DNA of 64,000 bases, taken from positions 7,718-71,717 of the forward strand of contig WGCU01000026.1 of the NCBI GenBank assembly GCA_015493635.1, written 5' to 3'. The DNA is from Spirochaetaceae bacterium. Lineage in GTDB: Bacteria; Spirochaetota; Spirochaetia; B11-G9. Position 1 is the first letter of the stretch; every line of letters starts with the position of its first letter. Below are positions 17,600-26,802 of the stretch, piece after piece. The translations under genes and the position numbers were made by a program. The notes beneath the pieces are model-generated. The model was not told where the DNA came from and ran no database searches. It was given only the letters and a program-made list of their open reading frames with translations.

Positions 17600-18465
17600 A
17601 AGAGATTGTTGTTATTTCAGGGAAAGGCGGAACAGGAAAAACATCCATAACAGCTTCTTTTGCCGTTTTGGGAGGGGCAAATCTTCTTGTAGCGGACTGT
17701 GATGTCGATGCTGCTGATATGCACCTGCTTCTGGAACCGGATTTTGCCGGAGATGAAGATTTTTACAGCGGAGAGGTTGCCGAAATTGATCAGGAAACAT
17801 GTATTCAGTGCGGGAAGTGTGCCGAAGTATGCAGGTTTGATGCAATCCCTGTTGTAGATGGCAAGTATACTGTTGATCCTCTATCCTGTGAGGGATGCGG
17901 ATACTGTGCAAGAATATGTCCGGTAAAGGCGATTACAAACTCGGTTCAGAGAGTAGGTAATCTGTATACCTCATCAATCCGTACCGGGACAAAAATGATT
18001 CACGCAAAATTGGGAATTGGAAACGAAAATTCCGGTAAGCTGGTTGCAAAGGTAAAAAATGACGCGAAAGCTCTCGCTGAAAAAGAACAGAAGAATTATA
18101 TTCTTGTTGACGGTTCTCCGGGAGTTGGGTGCCCTGTTGTTTCTTCTCTTTCCGGTGCAACATTTGTTGTTCTTGTAACGGAACCGACTGTTTCCGGTGT
18201 TCATGATTTAATAAGGGTTTATGAACTGGTAAAAAAGTTTAAAATAAACGCCGGCTGCATTATAAATAAGGCGGATATCAATCCGGAAAGAAACAGGGAA
18301 ATAAAAGACTTTATAAGGAAGGAATCTATTACACTTCTTGCGGAGATTCCATATAATGAAAATTTCACAAAAGCGATGACCATGGGAAAGACAATTGTAG
18401 AGTTTGATAGTATATTGAAGAAAATAATTGTGGATTCCTGGGAAAAAATAAAACAAAAAGCTTAA
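17596..18465 (+). CDS. MinD/Mrp-superfamily P-loop ATPase with inserted 2x[4Fe-4S] ferredoxin domain (second paralog)
   Basis: ISGKGGTGKTS Walker A. Ferredoxin motifs CIQCGKCAEVC and CEGCGYCARICP. The ATG overlaps the upstream stop by 4 nt (ATGA). Confidence 0.85.
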   Translation: MKEIVVISGKGGTGKTSITASFAVLGGANLLVADCDVDAADMHLLLEPDFAGDEDFYSGEVAEIDQETCIQCGKCAEVCRFDAIPVVDGKYTVDPLSCEGCGYCARICPVKAITNSVQRVGNLYTSSIRTGTKMIHAKLGIGNENSGKLVAKVKNDAKALAEKEQKNYILVDGSPGVGCPVVSSLSGATFVVLVTEPTVSGVHDLIRVYELVKKFKINAGCIINKADINPERNREIKDFIRKESITLLAEIPYNENFTKAMTMGKTIVEFDSILKKIIVDSWEKIKQKA

Positions 18466-18480
18466 ACAAGCGGAGGGAAC

Positions 18481-18813
18481 ATGAAAATTATATTTACAGC
18501 AAAAGGGACGGAGTGGGATTCCCCTATGGATCCGAGATTCGGCCGTACGGAATATTTTTTCATCTATGATGAGGATTCCAAAAAAATTGAAACGTACGAC
18601 AATCGAGCTATTGAAAATGAAGCGCATGGAGCAGGGCCGAAAACATCTCAAAAACTCGCTGAATATGGAGCGGATATTTTAATTACCGGTAACGGACCTG
18701 GAGGAAATGCAGCAGCAGTTTTACAGCAGGTGGGAATAAAAGTTATTACCGGTGCGGGTGATATGACCGTTAAAGAGGCGTATGAAGCTTTTAAAAATGG
18801 AACATTGAGCTGA
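18481..18813 (+). CDS. NifX/NifB-like dinitrogenase FeMo-cofactor-binding family protein (PF02579-like)
   Basis: MKIIFTAKG...PRFGRTEYFFIYDEDSKKIETYDNRAIENEAHGAGPKTSQKLAEYGADILITGNGPGGNAAAVLQQVGIKVITGA matches the Nitro_FeMo-Co fold pattern (hFGr..yf.iyd......e.i.n....hg.G...a..L...g.dv.itg.iG..A...L...GI.V). Confidence 0.8.
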   Translation: MKIIFTAKGTEWDSPMDPRFGRTEYFFIYDEDSKKIETYDNRAIENEAHGAGPKTSQKLAEYGADILITGNGPGGNAAAVLQQVGIKVITGAGDMTVKEAYEAFKNGTLS

Positions 18814-18814
18814 T

Positions 18815-19207
18815 ATGAAGTCCCTTATAATTGCTGCAGCGACCGATGATGGAGAAAACTTTATTAGTAGGCATTTTGGAGACGCGGGATATTATAATCT
18901 TTACCGGCTTACTCCGGAGAAAGCTGAATTTATAAAAAAGATCACCAATGTATCAGAGAAAGAACGGATGCATGCGGATCCTGGTAAAGCACAGGGTATC
19001 ACCGAAATACTGAGAAAAGAAAAGGTTCAGGTTGCTGCTTCAAAAGTGTTTGGGCCTAATATTAAACGGATAAAGAAAAAGTTTGTTTGTGTTCTTACAA
19101 ATGCAAATTCTATTAACGAAATACTCATCATTCTGCAAAAACAGTTCTCCCGGCTCACTCAGGAATGGGAAGCAGGAGAGGTAAGAGAAGTCATCAGACT
19201 GCAGTGA
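18815..19207 (+). CDS. NifX/NifB-like (Nitro_FeMo-Co family) protein, second divergent paralog
   Basis: IIAAATDDGENFISRHFGDAGYYNLYRL...HADPGKAQGITEILRKEKVQVAASKVFGPNIKRI retains the family pattern. Starts 2 nt after the previous gene. Confidence 0.65.
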   Translation: MKSLIIAAATDDGENFISRHFGDAGYYNLYRLTPEKAEFIKKITNVSEKERMHADPGKAQGITEILRKEKVQVAASKVFGPNIKRIKKKFVCVLTNANSINEILIILQKQFSRLTQEWEAGEVREVIRLQ

Positions 19208-19213
19208 GGATGT

Positions 19214-19414
19214 ATGAAACAGACTGAATGTAAATGGTTTCCTGTCTGTCCCATGAAGTATTTCTTTGAGAGAGGGATGGTTGCTGAAAAGTACATCCTC
19301 GCTTACTGCAAAGGAGATAACAAATCCTGTGTACGTTATCAGAAAGAGGAAGCGGGGATATATCATCCGGATAATATGCTACCGGACGGAACAATTGATA
19401 AAAGTTTAGTTTAA
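19214..19414 (+). CDS. small cysteine-rich protein (C-x5-C ... C-x6-C), hypothetical metal-binding
   Basis: 66 aa, MKQTECKWFPVCPMKYFFERGMVAEKYILAYCKGDNKSCVRY..., last gene of the operon. No family recognised from sequence alone. Confidence 0.45.
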   Translation: MKQTECKWFPVCPMKYFFERGMVAEKYILAYCKGDNKSCVRYQKEEAGIYHPDNMLPDGTIDKSLV

Positions 19415-19611
19415 TAATTTCTTCGTATGCAGTAAGAATATGATTGACGGATATTACCATTATATATATGATTAAATAATGGATTTTAATGGGGATGCAC
19501 ACGCAGGGAAATGGCACCGGCAGGTATCTCTTCTTGCTAAAGTCATTAAAGGTGGGCATGTGAGCAGGGAAAGCATCTGCTATTATGAAGATGGTTCATC
19601 GTAAGAGATTT

Positions 19612-20478
19612 CTATCCGCTTTTTATAAGAATAATTGCAATAAGAGATAAGGAGACTGCAGCTATTCTTAAAAGTGTTAATTTTTCTTTATAGATGATGG
19701 CTGAAAGAAAAATAGGAATGAGAATTGAAAGGGCAAAAATGGGCTGAACAAGTGCCATACTGCCTGCGGCGAATGCTTTCAGGACAAAAATATATCCAAA
19801 AAAATTAAGAACTCCTATGGATCCCCCAATAATAAAGATTTTTGGAGTTTTGAAAGTCTTTTTGCGCTGTTCCGGAGGTATCCGTGTTTTGTAAAGGAGG
19901 AATGAGATACCGGTAACTATTGAGTAAGAGATAAAAATATAGATAATTTTATCCGTTTTTGTCGATGCCAATTTACCTGCTGTCATGGAGAAAGATGTGC
20001 AAACCGCAGCAAGAAGGGCAAATCCGATGCCTGCCAAGGGTGTTTTGTTTATACCCTTTACGTGCTCCATGGACAGAAGGATCAGCACAAAAACCGAAAG
20101 TGCTGCTCCTGCCCATTGTTCCGGAGCCGGGGTTTCACGGAAGAATACCACTCCGATAATAATAACAATAACGACATTTGATTTATTTACCGGGAATACA
20201 ACAGCCGCAGGTGCACGTTTTAAGGCGTTGAATTTTGAAAGAGCTCCAAGGGCAAAAAATGTGCCGTTAAACAGTGCAAAGGGCAGGGCAGAGACAAAGA
20301 GTGATAGATTGTGGTGATCCAGAATAAGCACGGTGAGAGAGCAGAGAACAACGGAAAATGCAGATATAAGGACTACTCCCTGGGTAACAAGTTTATATTC
20401 CGCGGCAATTTTATATAGAAAATTAAGCGATCCGTAAAAAAGTGTTGCGGTGATGCTGTATATAAACCATAACGGCAC
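19612..20478 (-). CDS. DMT-superfamily (EamA-like) membrane transporter
   Basis: 288 aa, 10 predicted TM helices in two repeated halves. Hydrophobic throughout, with an EamA-like pattern. Confidence 0.75.
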   Translation of the reverse strand: MPLWFIYSITATLFYGSLNFLYKIAAEYKLVTQGVVLISAFSVVLCSLTVLILDHHNLSLFVSALPFALFNGTFFALGALSKFNALKRAPAAVVFPVNKSNVVIVIIIGVVFFRETPAPEQWAGAALSVFVLILLSMEHVKGINKTPLAGIGFALLAAVCTSFSMTAGKLASTKTDKIIYIFISYSIVTGISFLLYKTRIPPEQRKKTFKTPKIFIIGGSIGVLNFFGYIFVLKAFAAGSMALVQPIFALSILIPIFLSAIIYKEKLTLLRIAAVSLSLIAIILIKSG

Positions 20479-20498
20479 TGCTGTGTTTCTCCTGCCGA

Positions 20499-22115
20499 TT
20501 ATAGAGTTTCAGAAAAATTACCAAGCTGCTGGTATTTCTTGTACATCTGATAGTAAAGAGCGGCCCGTTCGGAGTCTGGTTTGTATTCTGCCGAGGTGCC
20601 GGGAGCCATAGCCTGCTGTGCAGCTTGTATGTTTTTATGCAGACCTGCGATTACAGAAGCAAACATTGCGGCGCCTATGGCAACCGGTTGTTTTGAATTA
20701 ACAATACGGATGGGTTTATTCAGTACATCTGCCATAATCTGCATAACAAAGGGAGATTTTTCAGCAACCCCCCCGACAGCAAGAATGGTATCAATACTGA
20801 TTTTTTCTTTAGTGAATCTGTCCATAATTGCTTTTGATCCGAATGCGGTCGACTCAACAAGAGCTCTGTATATTTTCGGTGCGGAAGTACCTAATGTAAG
20901 CCCTGTCAGCATCGCTTTTACATGGGGATTGCTGTCAGGTGTTCTCCTTCCATTAAACCAGTCGAGAGCAATGATACTACTATCAGGAGGGATCAGCGCT
21001 GCTTCTTTCTCAAGCTGTTGAAGAATTCCGCCTGGTGTTTTTGAATTTCCCTTTTCCATCCCCCAGGACAGTATACCTGCATACCAGGCATAAACATCTC
21101 CAAAAGCTGACTGTCCTGCTTCGTATCCGGTGTATCCGGGAATAATGGACCCGTCAACCTGTCCGCTGATACCTTGAATAATTTTATCAGGATCAGCCCC
21201 CTTTTCTGATATAATCATGTCACATGTTGAGGTCCCCATCACTTTTACCATGGTTCCCGGAGTAATACCGCCACCAACGGCACCAATGTGAGCGTCAAGA
21301 GCTCCTGAACCTACCATCGCTTCACGGTTTATCCCAAGCCGCTTTGCCCAGTGAGCGGATATTTTCCCTGCAGCTACATCAGCCGGTACAGTATTTGTGT
21401 AAAGTCTTTCTCTGAGACCCGAGAGCAGGGGATCAAGAGATACAAGAAACTCCTCTGAAGGAAGGCCTCCCCAGCTTTCATGCCACATAGCTTTGTGCCC
21501 GGCAGTACAGCGTGACCGCACCATGGAGGAAAGTTCCCCCTCTGTCAGAAGGTATGGTATCCAGTCACTGTGTTCCACCCATGACCATGCCGCAGCTCTG
21601 ACTTTGCTGTTGTGTCTGAGTGTGTGGAGGATTTTAGCCCAGAACCATTCGGGAGAATAGATCCCGCCGGAATATCTAGTATAATCAATGCCGCCCCATG
21701 TTTTGGCATGGGTGTTAATGGCTTCAGCTTCTTCAATGGCGGTATGATCTTTCCATAGAATGAACATTGCATCCGGATCATTCTTGAATGGCTCTTTTAA
21801 TGCCAGCGGAATCCCTTCACGGTTTACCGCACAGGGAGTCGAGCCTGTTGTATCAACTGATATTCCCAGGATATTTTCGCCGGTTCCCGGTCCAGCTTCA
21901 TTCAGTGCTTCCCGGACTGTTATTTCCAGCCCTTCCATATAGTCCAATGGATGCTGCCGGAAACGGTTCTGTTCAGGATTACAAAAAAGACCTTCTTTCC
22001 ATCGGGTATAGGGACAAACTGCCTGTCCCCGTATTTCCCCGGTTACTGCATTAACAATGACACTTCTGACACTGTCAGTTCCGAAATCAATACCCATTAC
22101 CAGTTTATCAATCAT
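20499..22115 (-). CDS. araB: L-ribulokinase (FGGY carbohydrate kinase family)
   Basis: Collinear with E. coli AraB: MGIDFGTDSVRSVIV, ISVDTTGSTP, MFILWKDHTAIEEAE, YSGGIYSPEWFWAKILH, WHESWGG, GTSTCD, GQSAFGD, LDWFNGRRTP. Start set at MIDKLVMGIDFG, with RBS GGAGG 7 nt upstream. Confidence 0.85.
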   Translation of the reverse strand: MIDKLVMGIDFGTDSVRSVIVNAVTGEIRGQAVCPYTRWKEGLFCNPEQNRFRQHPLDYMEGLEITVREALNEAGPGTGENILGISVDTTGSTPCAVNREGIPLALKEPFKNDPDAMFILWKDHTAIEEAEAINTHAKTWGGIDYTRYSGGIYSPEWFWAKILHTLRHNSKVRAAAWSWVEHSDWIPYLLTEGELSSMVRSRCTAGHKAMWHESWGGLPSEEFLVSLDPLLSGLRERLYTNTVPADVAAGKISAHWAKRLGINREAMVGSGALDAHIGAVGGGITPGTMVKVMGTSTCDMIISEKGADPDKIIQGISGQVDGSIIPGYTGYEAGQSAFGDVYAWYAGILSWGMEKGNSKTPGGILQQLEKEAALIPPDSSIIALDWFNGRRTPDSNPHVKAMLTGLTLGTSAPKIYRALVESTAFGSKAIMDRFTKEKISIDTILAVGGVAEKSPFVMQIMADVLNKPIRIVNSKQPVAIGAAMFASVIAGLHKNIQAAQQAMAPGTSAEYKPDSERAALYYQMYKKYQQLGNFSETL

Positions 22116-22168
22116 ACACAACCTCCGATACTTTGAGTATAACATTAAAAAAACTTTAGACAAAGTAA

Positions 22169-23143
22169 ATGATAAAAGGTATAGTGGTTCTTATGGATGA
22201 CATATGTGAAAGAATAAGTTCTATCGGTGTTTTGCCTGTAGTAAAAATAGAGAATGCGGGAGATTCTGAGAATTTGGCAGCTTCTCTTCTTGCGGGGGAT
22301 CTTCCTGCCGTTGAAATTACCTTCAGAACAGATGCCGCGGAAGAGTCAATGAGACGGATTAGAAAAAAATTTCCGGCTATGCTGCTGGGCGCAGGTACTG
22401 TTCTGACCATTGACCAGATCAAGAGAGCCGTCGGGGCGGGAGCTGACTTCATGGTAGCTCCGGGGTTTAATCCGAAAATTGCAGCGTACTGTACAGCTCA
22501 CGATATTCCGTTCTTTCCCGGAATAAATGCTCCCAGTCAGATAGAAGCAGCACTGGAATACGGGTTGGATGTGCTGAAATTTTTCCCTGCTGAAGTTATG
22601 GGCGGGATAAAGATGGTAAAAAGTCTTGCTGCTCCCTACGGTCAGGTTAAATTTATTCCTACCGGCGGCATCAATGTCAGTAATCTCAATGACTATCTGT
22701 CCTTGTCTGTTGTCCTTGCATGCGGAGGGAGCTGGGTTGCTCCGGCTCATATGATACGTGAGGGGAGATTTGATGATATAGCAAAACTTGCCCACGAAGC
22801 TGTTTCAACAGTTTTAGGATTTACACTGTCCGGAGTACAGCTGGCAACTCCTACCGGAAATGACAGAGAATCCGTTCTTGATTTTTTTGCTTCGGCTTTC
22901 CTGCTGAACAAAACGGAAAATGAAACAACAGTTACTGCCGGCGGAATAATTGAGGTTGATAAAATGATGACCGGAAATGGTTCTGGTAACCGGCTGATAT
23001 TTTCAACACACAGCCTTGTAAGAGCCATGGCATTTTTTAAGAGAAAAAAGATAGCCTTTGAAGCGAAATCCAATCCGGATGAGCTTATTCTTCTTAAACA
23101 AAAGGGCGGATTTGAAGTAAAAGTTGTCGAGGGGGCAAAATAG
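22169..23143 (+). CDS. KDPG/KHG aldolase (Eda-like) with ~110-aa C-terminal extension of unknown function
   Basis: First ~215 aa align with Eda (LPVVKIE..., VEITFRT, GAGTVLT, FMVAPG, KFFPAEV.GG, FIPTGGI). A C-terminal ~110 aa (…[36 protein letters not shown]…[12 protein letters not shown]) has no counterpart in classical Eda. Confidence 0.7.
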   Translation: MIKGIVVLMDDICERISSIGVLPVVKIENAGDSENLAASLLAGDLPAVEITFRTDAAEESMRRIRKKFPAMLLGAGTVLTIDQIKRAVGAGADFMVAPGFNPKIAAYCTAHDIPFFPGINAPSQIEAALEYGLDVLKFFPAEVMGGIKMVKSLAAPYGQVKFIPTGGINVSNLNDYLSLSVVLACGGSWVAPAHMIREGRFDDIAKLAHEAVSTVLGFTLSGVQLATPTGNDRESVLDFFASAFLLNKTENETTVTAGGIIEVDKMMTGNGSGNRLIFSTHSLVRAMAFFKRKKIAFEAKSNPDELILLKQKGGFEVKVVEGAK

Positions 23144-24981
23144 TGGAAAAGAAGAAAAGGGTACCTGGACTGAAACAGGCCCAGATTATTATTTATGTGG
23201 TTATTATTTTCATGTTTACTACGCTTGGGCTGCTCTTTTTTCATAATCTTTCAAATATGCGTATGGAAATAGAGAAAAGCAACGCTGCTTCCATATCTTT
23301 TTCTGCTGACTTGCTGAATCTTAAAAGCGGTTTTGGGTACGGGGGATTTATACATAATTTCAAGAACTATGTATTGCGTGGTAAGTTAAAGTACTACGAA
23401 CGTGTGGTAAAGAATTATAAAGAGATTACCGCTTGTCTCGGCCATCTGGATAATTCATCTTTTTTATCGGCTGACGACCATAAACAGCTATCCATTATCC
23501 GCGATACTCTGGATAAATACAAGGCTGCTGCGGACATGATTAAACCGCTTGTTGAATCAGGAAAATCAATTGCATATATTGACAGTGTTGTTAAAATTGA
23601 TGACACCCCTGCGGTAACCGCTTTTAAGGACCTTGATGCAAGCTATCGGAATTTTATTGATGGAGGGTCAATAGCCATCAGGAAAAAAATACAGGAAACA
23701 CTCTTTGTTTTTGCCGCGCTTGTTACTGTTGCTTCCATAATCTTTATTCTTATTCTAATTTTTATCTTCCGGCGTCTTATCCGGCAGATCAACAATATCG
23801 GTGAAATTACCGAAATAATGGTGGAGGGAGATTTATCGAAAGAAATAACGGTTATTCCCAATGATGCCGTGGGAGATATGGCAGAGAATTTTAATAAAGC
23901 GATTCAATCACTTAAAACAATTATACGGGGTGTTAAAGAAACAGTTGTAGATGGCGAGGGAATGAATATAACACTTCATAAAATGCTGACTCAGGCGGAG
24001 GAGTCTGTTGGAGAAATTTCACGTATGATGGAAACAAGTCTTGAACATATTGTACAGCAGAACAATCAGATAGGAGAGGCCTCCACCGCCCTGGAAGAAA
24101 TTTCTGCAAATACATCGAGCCTTGCAAAACAGATTACCATGCAGGCAGACAGTGTCAGTCAGACATCCGCAGCAGTTGAGCAGATAGCAGCTTCGATTCA
24201 GAATGTAGCGAGAGTTGCGGAGTCAAGGATGACGTTAACGGGAGAACTTATTGAAATAACACGTACGGGCAATGAGAAAATGGATACAACGAACAATGTC
24301 GTTCAGGATGCTGTTACAAGTATCAGTGCCATGCAGGAGATGATTGAAGTTATCAATGGTATTACTTCACAGACAAATCTTCTTTCCATGAATGCGGCTA
24401 TTGAAGCCGCTCATGCAGGGGATGCAGGAAAGGGTTTTGCGGTTGTAGCGGATGAGATACGGAAACTTGCTGAATCAACAGCTGATAATGCCCAGGAAAT
24501 TTCGGATACTCTTAACACACTTATTGAAAAAATACACCATGCCGCCTCTTCGACGAATGAGAGCAGAGAGATTTTTTACGAAATAGAAAAGGGTGTTGAC
24601 AAGTTTGTCTCTGCTTTTACAGAAATTTCCGAGAGTACGAAGGAACTGTCAAAAGGGAGCAGTGATATCCAGGATTCTACAACAGTTCTTCTTGATATAA
24701 CGGCAAATATTAAAACAGGTTCCCATGAAATAACCCTTGGAGCCAATGATATAAATATTGCAATTCTGCGTATTAATGAAATGGCTGAGGTGAGTGAGAA
24801 AAACATGCGGGATGTTACCAATCGTCTGTCCGACATTCATTCAGCGGTTCGTGAGATTTCTGCCATAGGAGAAAAGAACAGCTTGAATATGAACTTGCTT
24901 ACAGAAAAGGTTTCTTACTTTACCCTTGATGATTCCAGTGAGGAATTGGGTGTAACTTTGGCAGAAGAGGAGCCGGTTTAG
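23143..24981 (+). CDS. methyl-accepting chemotaxis protein (periplasmic sensor, HAMP, MCP signalling domain)
   Basis: GTG start with RBS GAGGGGG. Two TM helices flank a ~170 aa periplasmic domain. HAMP, then [34 protein letters not shown]. Confidence 0.85.
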   Translation: MEKKKRVPGLKQAQIIIYVVIIFMFTTLGLLFFHNLSNMRMEIEKSNAASISFSADLLNLKSGFGYGGFIHNFKNYVLRGKLKYYERVVKNYKEITACLGHLDNSSFLSADDHKQLSIIRDTLDKYKAAADMIKPLVESGKSIAYIDSVVKIDDTPAVTAFKDLDASYRNFIDGGSIAIRKKIQETLFVFAALVTVASIIFILILIFIFRRLIRQINNIGEITEIMVEGDLSKEITVIPNDAVGDMAENFNKAIQSLKTIIRGVKETVVDGEGMNITLHKMLTQAEESVGEISRMMETSLEHIVQQNNQIGEASTALEEISANTSSLAKQITMQADSVSQTSAAVEQIAASIQNVARVAESRMTLTGELIEITRTGNEKMDTTNNVVQDAVTSISAMQEMIEVINGITSQTNLLSMNAAIEAAHAGDAGKGFAVVADEIRKLAESTADNAQEISDTLNTLIEKIHHAASSTNESREIFYEIEKGVDKFVSAFTEISESTKELSKGSSDIQDSTTVLLDITANIKTGSHEITLGANDINIAILRINEMAEVSEKNMRDVTNRLSDIHSAVREISAIGEKNSLNMNLLTEKVSYFTLDDSSEELGVTLAEEEPV

Positions 24982-25004
24982 TCAAGCATTCCCGGTATGT
25001 ATTT

Positions 25005-25295
25005 TTATAGACATCCGTACGTTGTTTTTACATACAGACGCTTTCCCCAGAATGTTTCTACCGCATCAATGTGTGACCCTTCAAGAAATTTCAGGATTGA
25101 GGCTCTTATATAAAAAGTGCACGTGTTTACTGTTTCTGCAGTATCATCGTCCAGAGGCAGTTCCATTCCCACTTTAAGGGCCGGCCCTCCGCATCCGACA
25201 CCGGAAGAGAAGATTGTTATTCTTTTACTTGTCCCTTCCGTTTTTTTTTCAAGTTCTTTAACCATTTTTGCAGCTTCATCTGTTACGGTAAACAT
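25005..25295 (-). CDS. HesB/IscA-like small protein (Cys form of the HesB-like selenoprotein family)
   Basis: 96 aa. MFTVTDEAAKMVKELEKK...ITIFSSGVGCGGPALKVGMELP resembles the Fe-S_biosyn fold, with a GCGGP motif where selenoprotein homologues carry GUGGP. Assignment by motif memory only. Confidence 0.45.
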   Translation of the reverse strand: MFTVTDEAAKMVKELEKKTEGTSKRITIFSSGVGCGGPALKVGMELPLDDDTAETVNTCTFYIRASILKFLEGSHIDAVETFWGKRLYVKTTYGCL

Positions 25296-25332
25296 TACCT
25301 TTTCCTCCTGATCCCTATAGGGGGTTCCTGAA

Positions 25333-26784
25333 TTACGCTGGAGTAGATTCCGTTGTGCTCTTGGAAGGAGAAGCTGGAAGGAGGAGTTTTACCGTTGTTC
25401 CCTGCTTTTCCCTTGAATCCACTGAAATATGCGCATGGTAGTTTTTTAGAATAAAATAAGCTGTTGACAACCCAATCCCGATTTTCTCTTCTTCAGTTGT
25501 AAAAAACGGGTCAAATATGTTGTGGAGAAATTCCGGTTTGATACCTTTCCCGTTATCTGATATTGTAATGTGCACATACTTTTTCTCCTTTCTTGAGTTC
25601 CTGCACAAAACCGAAATGTGTCCCTCTCCCTGAAGAGTCTGAACTGCATTTTTAATGATGTTTTCAATAACACAGATAAGTTGTTTTTTATTAAAGGTTA
25701 TTAACCAGAGGTTGGTATCCGATATAAAATCCAGTTTGATCCGGGTGCCCTGTACAATTTTTAATGCCGTTTCTTTTATCACCGCTGCGGCATCCAGAAT
25801 TACTGCTGCAGGTCTTTCTCCTCTGGAAAAAGTAAGTAATTTTTGAGACAGATCCTGTGTTTTATTCAGAATCCCTTCTGCGTTTTCAAGGAAGGGATAG
25901 CCTTTAGCAGCAGGAGAAGTATAGAGTTTTGCGAGACTGACATTCCCCAAAATACCAGTTAACAAATTGTTGAAATTATGAGCTATTTCGCCGGCTATAA
26001 AACTGAGAGATTCAACTTTCTTCAACCGGTTGTTTTCGGTAATGTCATGAAAAACAAAGACAATACCTTCAAAACCCTCTTGTTTGTTTCTGATGGGAGC
26101 CGTGCTTCCCTCAATTTCGTATTCAGTATTGTCTGATGAAACTAAAACAGCTTGATGGAGCTGATGAGCAGATAATTCTAAAGTTGCTATTTGCTTGATC
26201 CCGGTTTTTATGGGAACTCTTGTCCTGGTGATAAGTTTTACAATACTGCTGAAATTCCTGCCCATTGCTTTTTGTTCCGGTATACCGGTATATAATGCTG
26301 CTGTATGGTTAACGAATGTAATAATACCGTTTTTATCTGTGGTTATAACTCCATCCTCAATACTGCGCAGGATTGCTTGCAGCCATGCTTCATTTTTTCG
26401 TATTTTTATTTCGTCTCTGTGCCTTTGTAGAGCAATGTCAATAGATATCTGTAATTCTTTTTTTTTGAATGGTTTTAGGATATATCCATAGGGAGATTCA
26501 TTCATAGCCCGTTCCAGAGTTTTTTGATCGGAATGAGCAGTAAGAAAAAGGATCGGAATATCCCGTACTTTTCTGATAGCGGCAGCAGTTTCAATTCCAT
26601 CCAGCTTCCCCTTAATGATAATATCCATTAAAATGAGATCAGGATGCAATTCTCCCGCAACGGTAACCGCTTGCTCCCCTGTGGCACATATATCCGTAAT
26701 ATGGTACCCCAGTGTCTGAAGCCGGTCCTTTAGTTCCATAGCTACAATACTTTCATCTTCAACAATTAAAATTGTATTCAACAT
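25333..26784 (-). CDS. hybrid signal-transduction protein: N-terminal REC, PAS, HisKA, HATPase_c
   Basis: REC (ILIVEDESIVAMEL...DLILMDIIIKGKLDG...KPF), PAS (ILRSIEDGVITTDKNGIITFVN), H-box (FIAGEIAHNFNNLLTGILG), ATPase G-boxes. Confidence 0.85.
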   Translation of the reverse strand: MLNTILIVEDESIVAMELKDRLQTLGYHITDICATGEQAVTVAGELHPDLILMDIIIKGKLDGIETAAAIRKVRDIPILFLTAHSDQKTLERAMNESPYGYILKPFKKKELQISIDIALQRHRDEIKIRKNEAWLQAILRSIEDGVITTDKNGIITFVNHTAALYTGIPEQKAMGRNFSSIVKLITRTRVPIKTGIKQIATLELSAHQLHQAVLVSSDNTEYEIEGSTAPIRNKQEGFEGIVFVFHDITENNRLKKVESLSFIAGEIAHNFNNLLTGILGNVSLAKLYTSPAAKGYPFLENAEGILNKTQDLSQKLLTFSRGERPAAVILDAAAVIKETALKIVQGTRIKLDFISDTNLWLITFNKKQLICVIENIIKNAVQTLQGEGHISVLCRNSRKEKKYVHITISDNGKGIKPEFLHNIFDPFFTTEEEKIGIGLSTAYFILKNYHAHISVDSREKQGTTVKLLLPASPSKSTTESTPA

Positions 26785-26802
26785 ACCAGCCTTTTCATAT
26801 TC

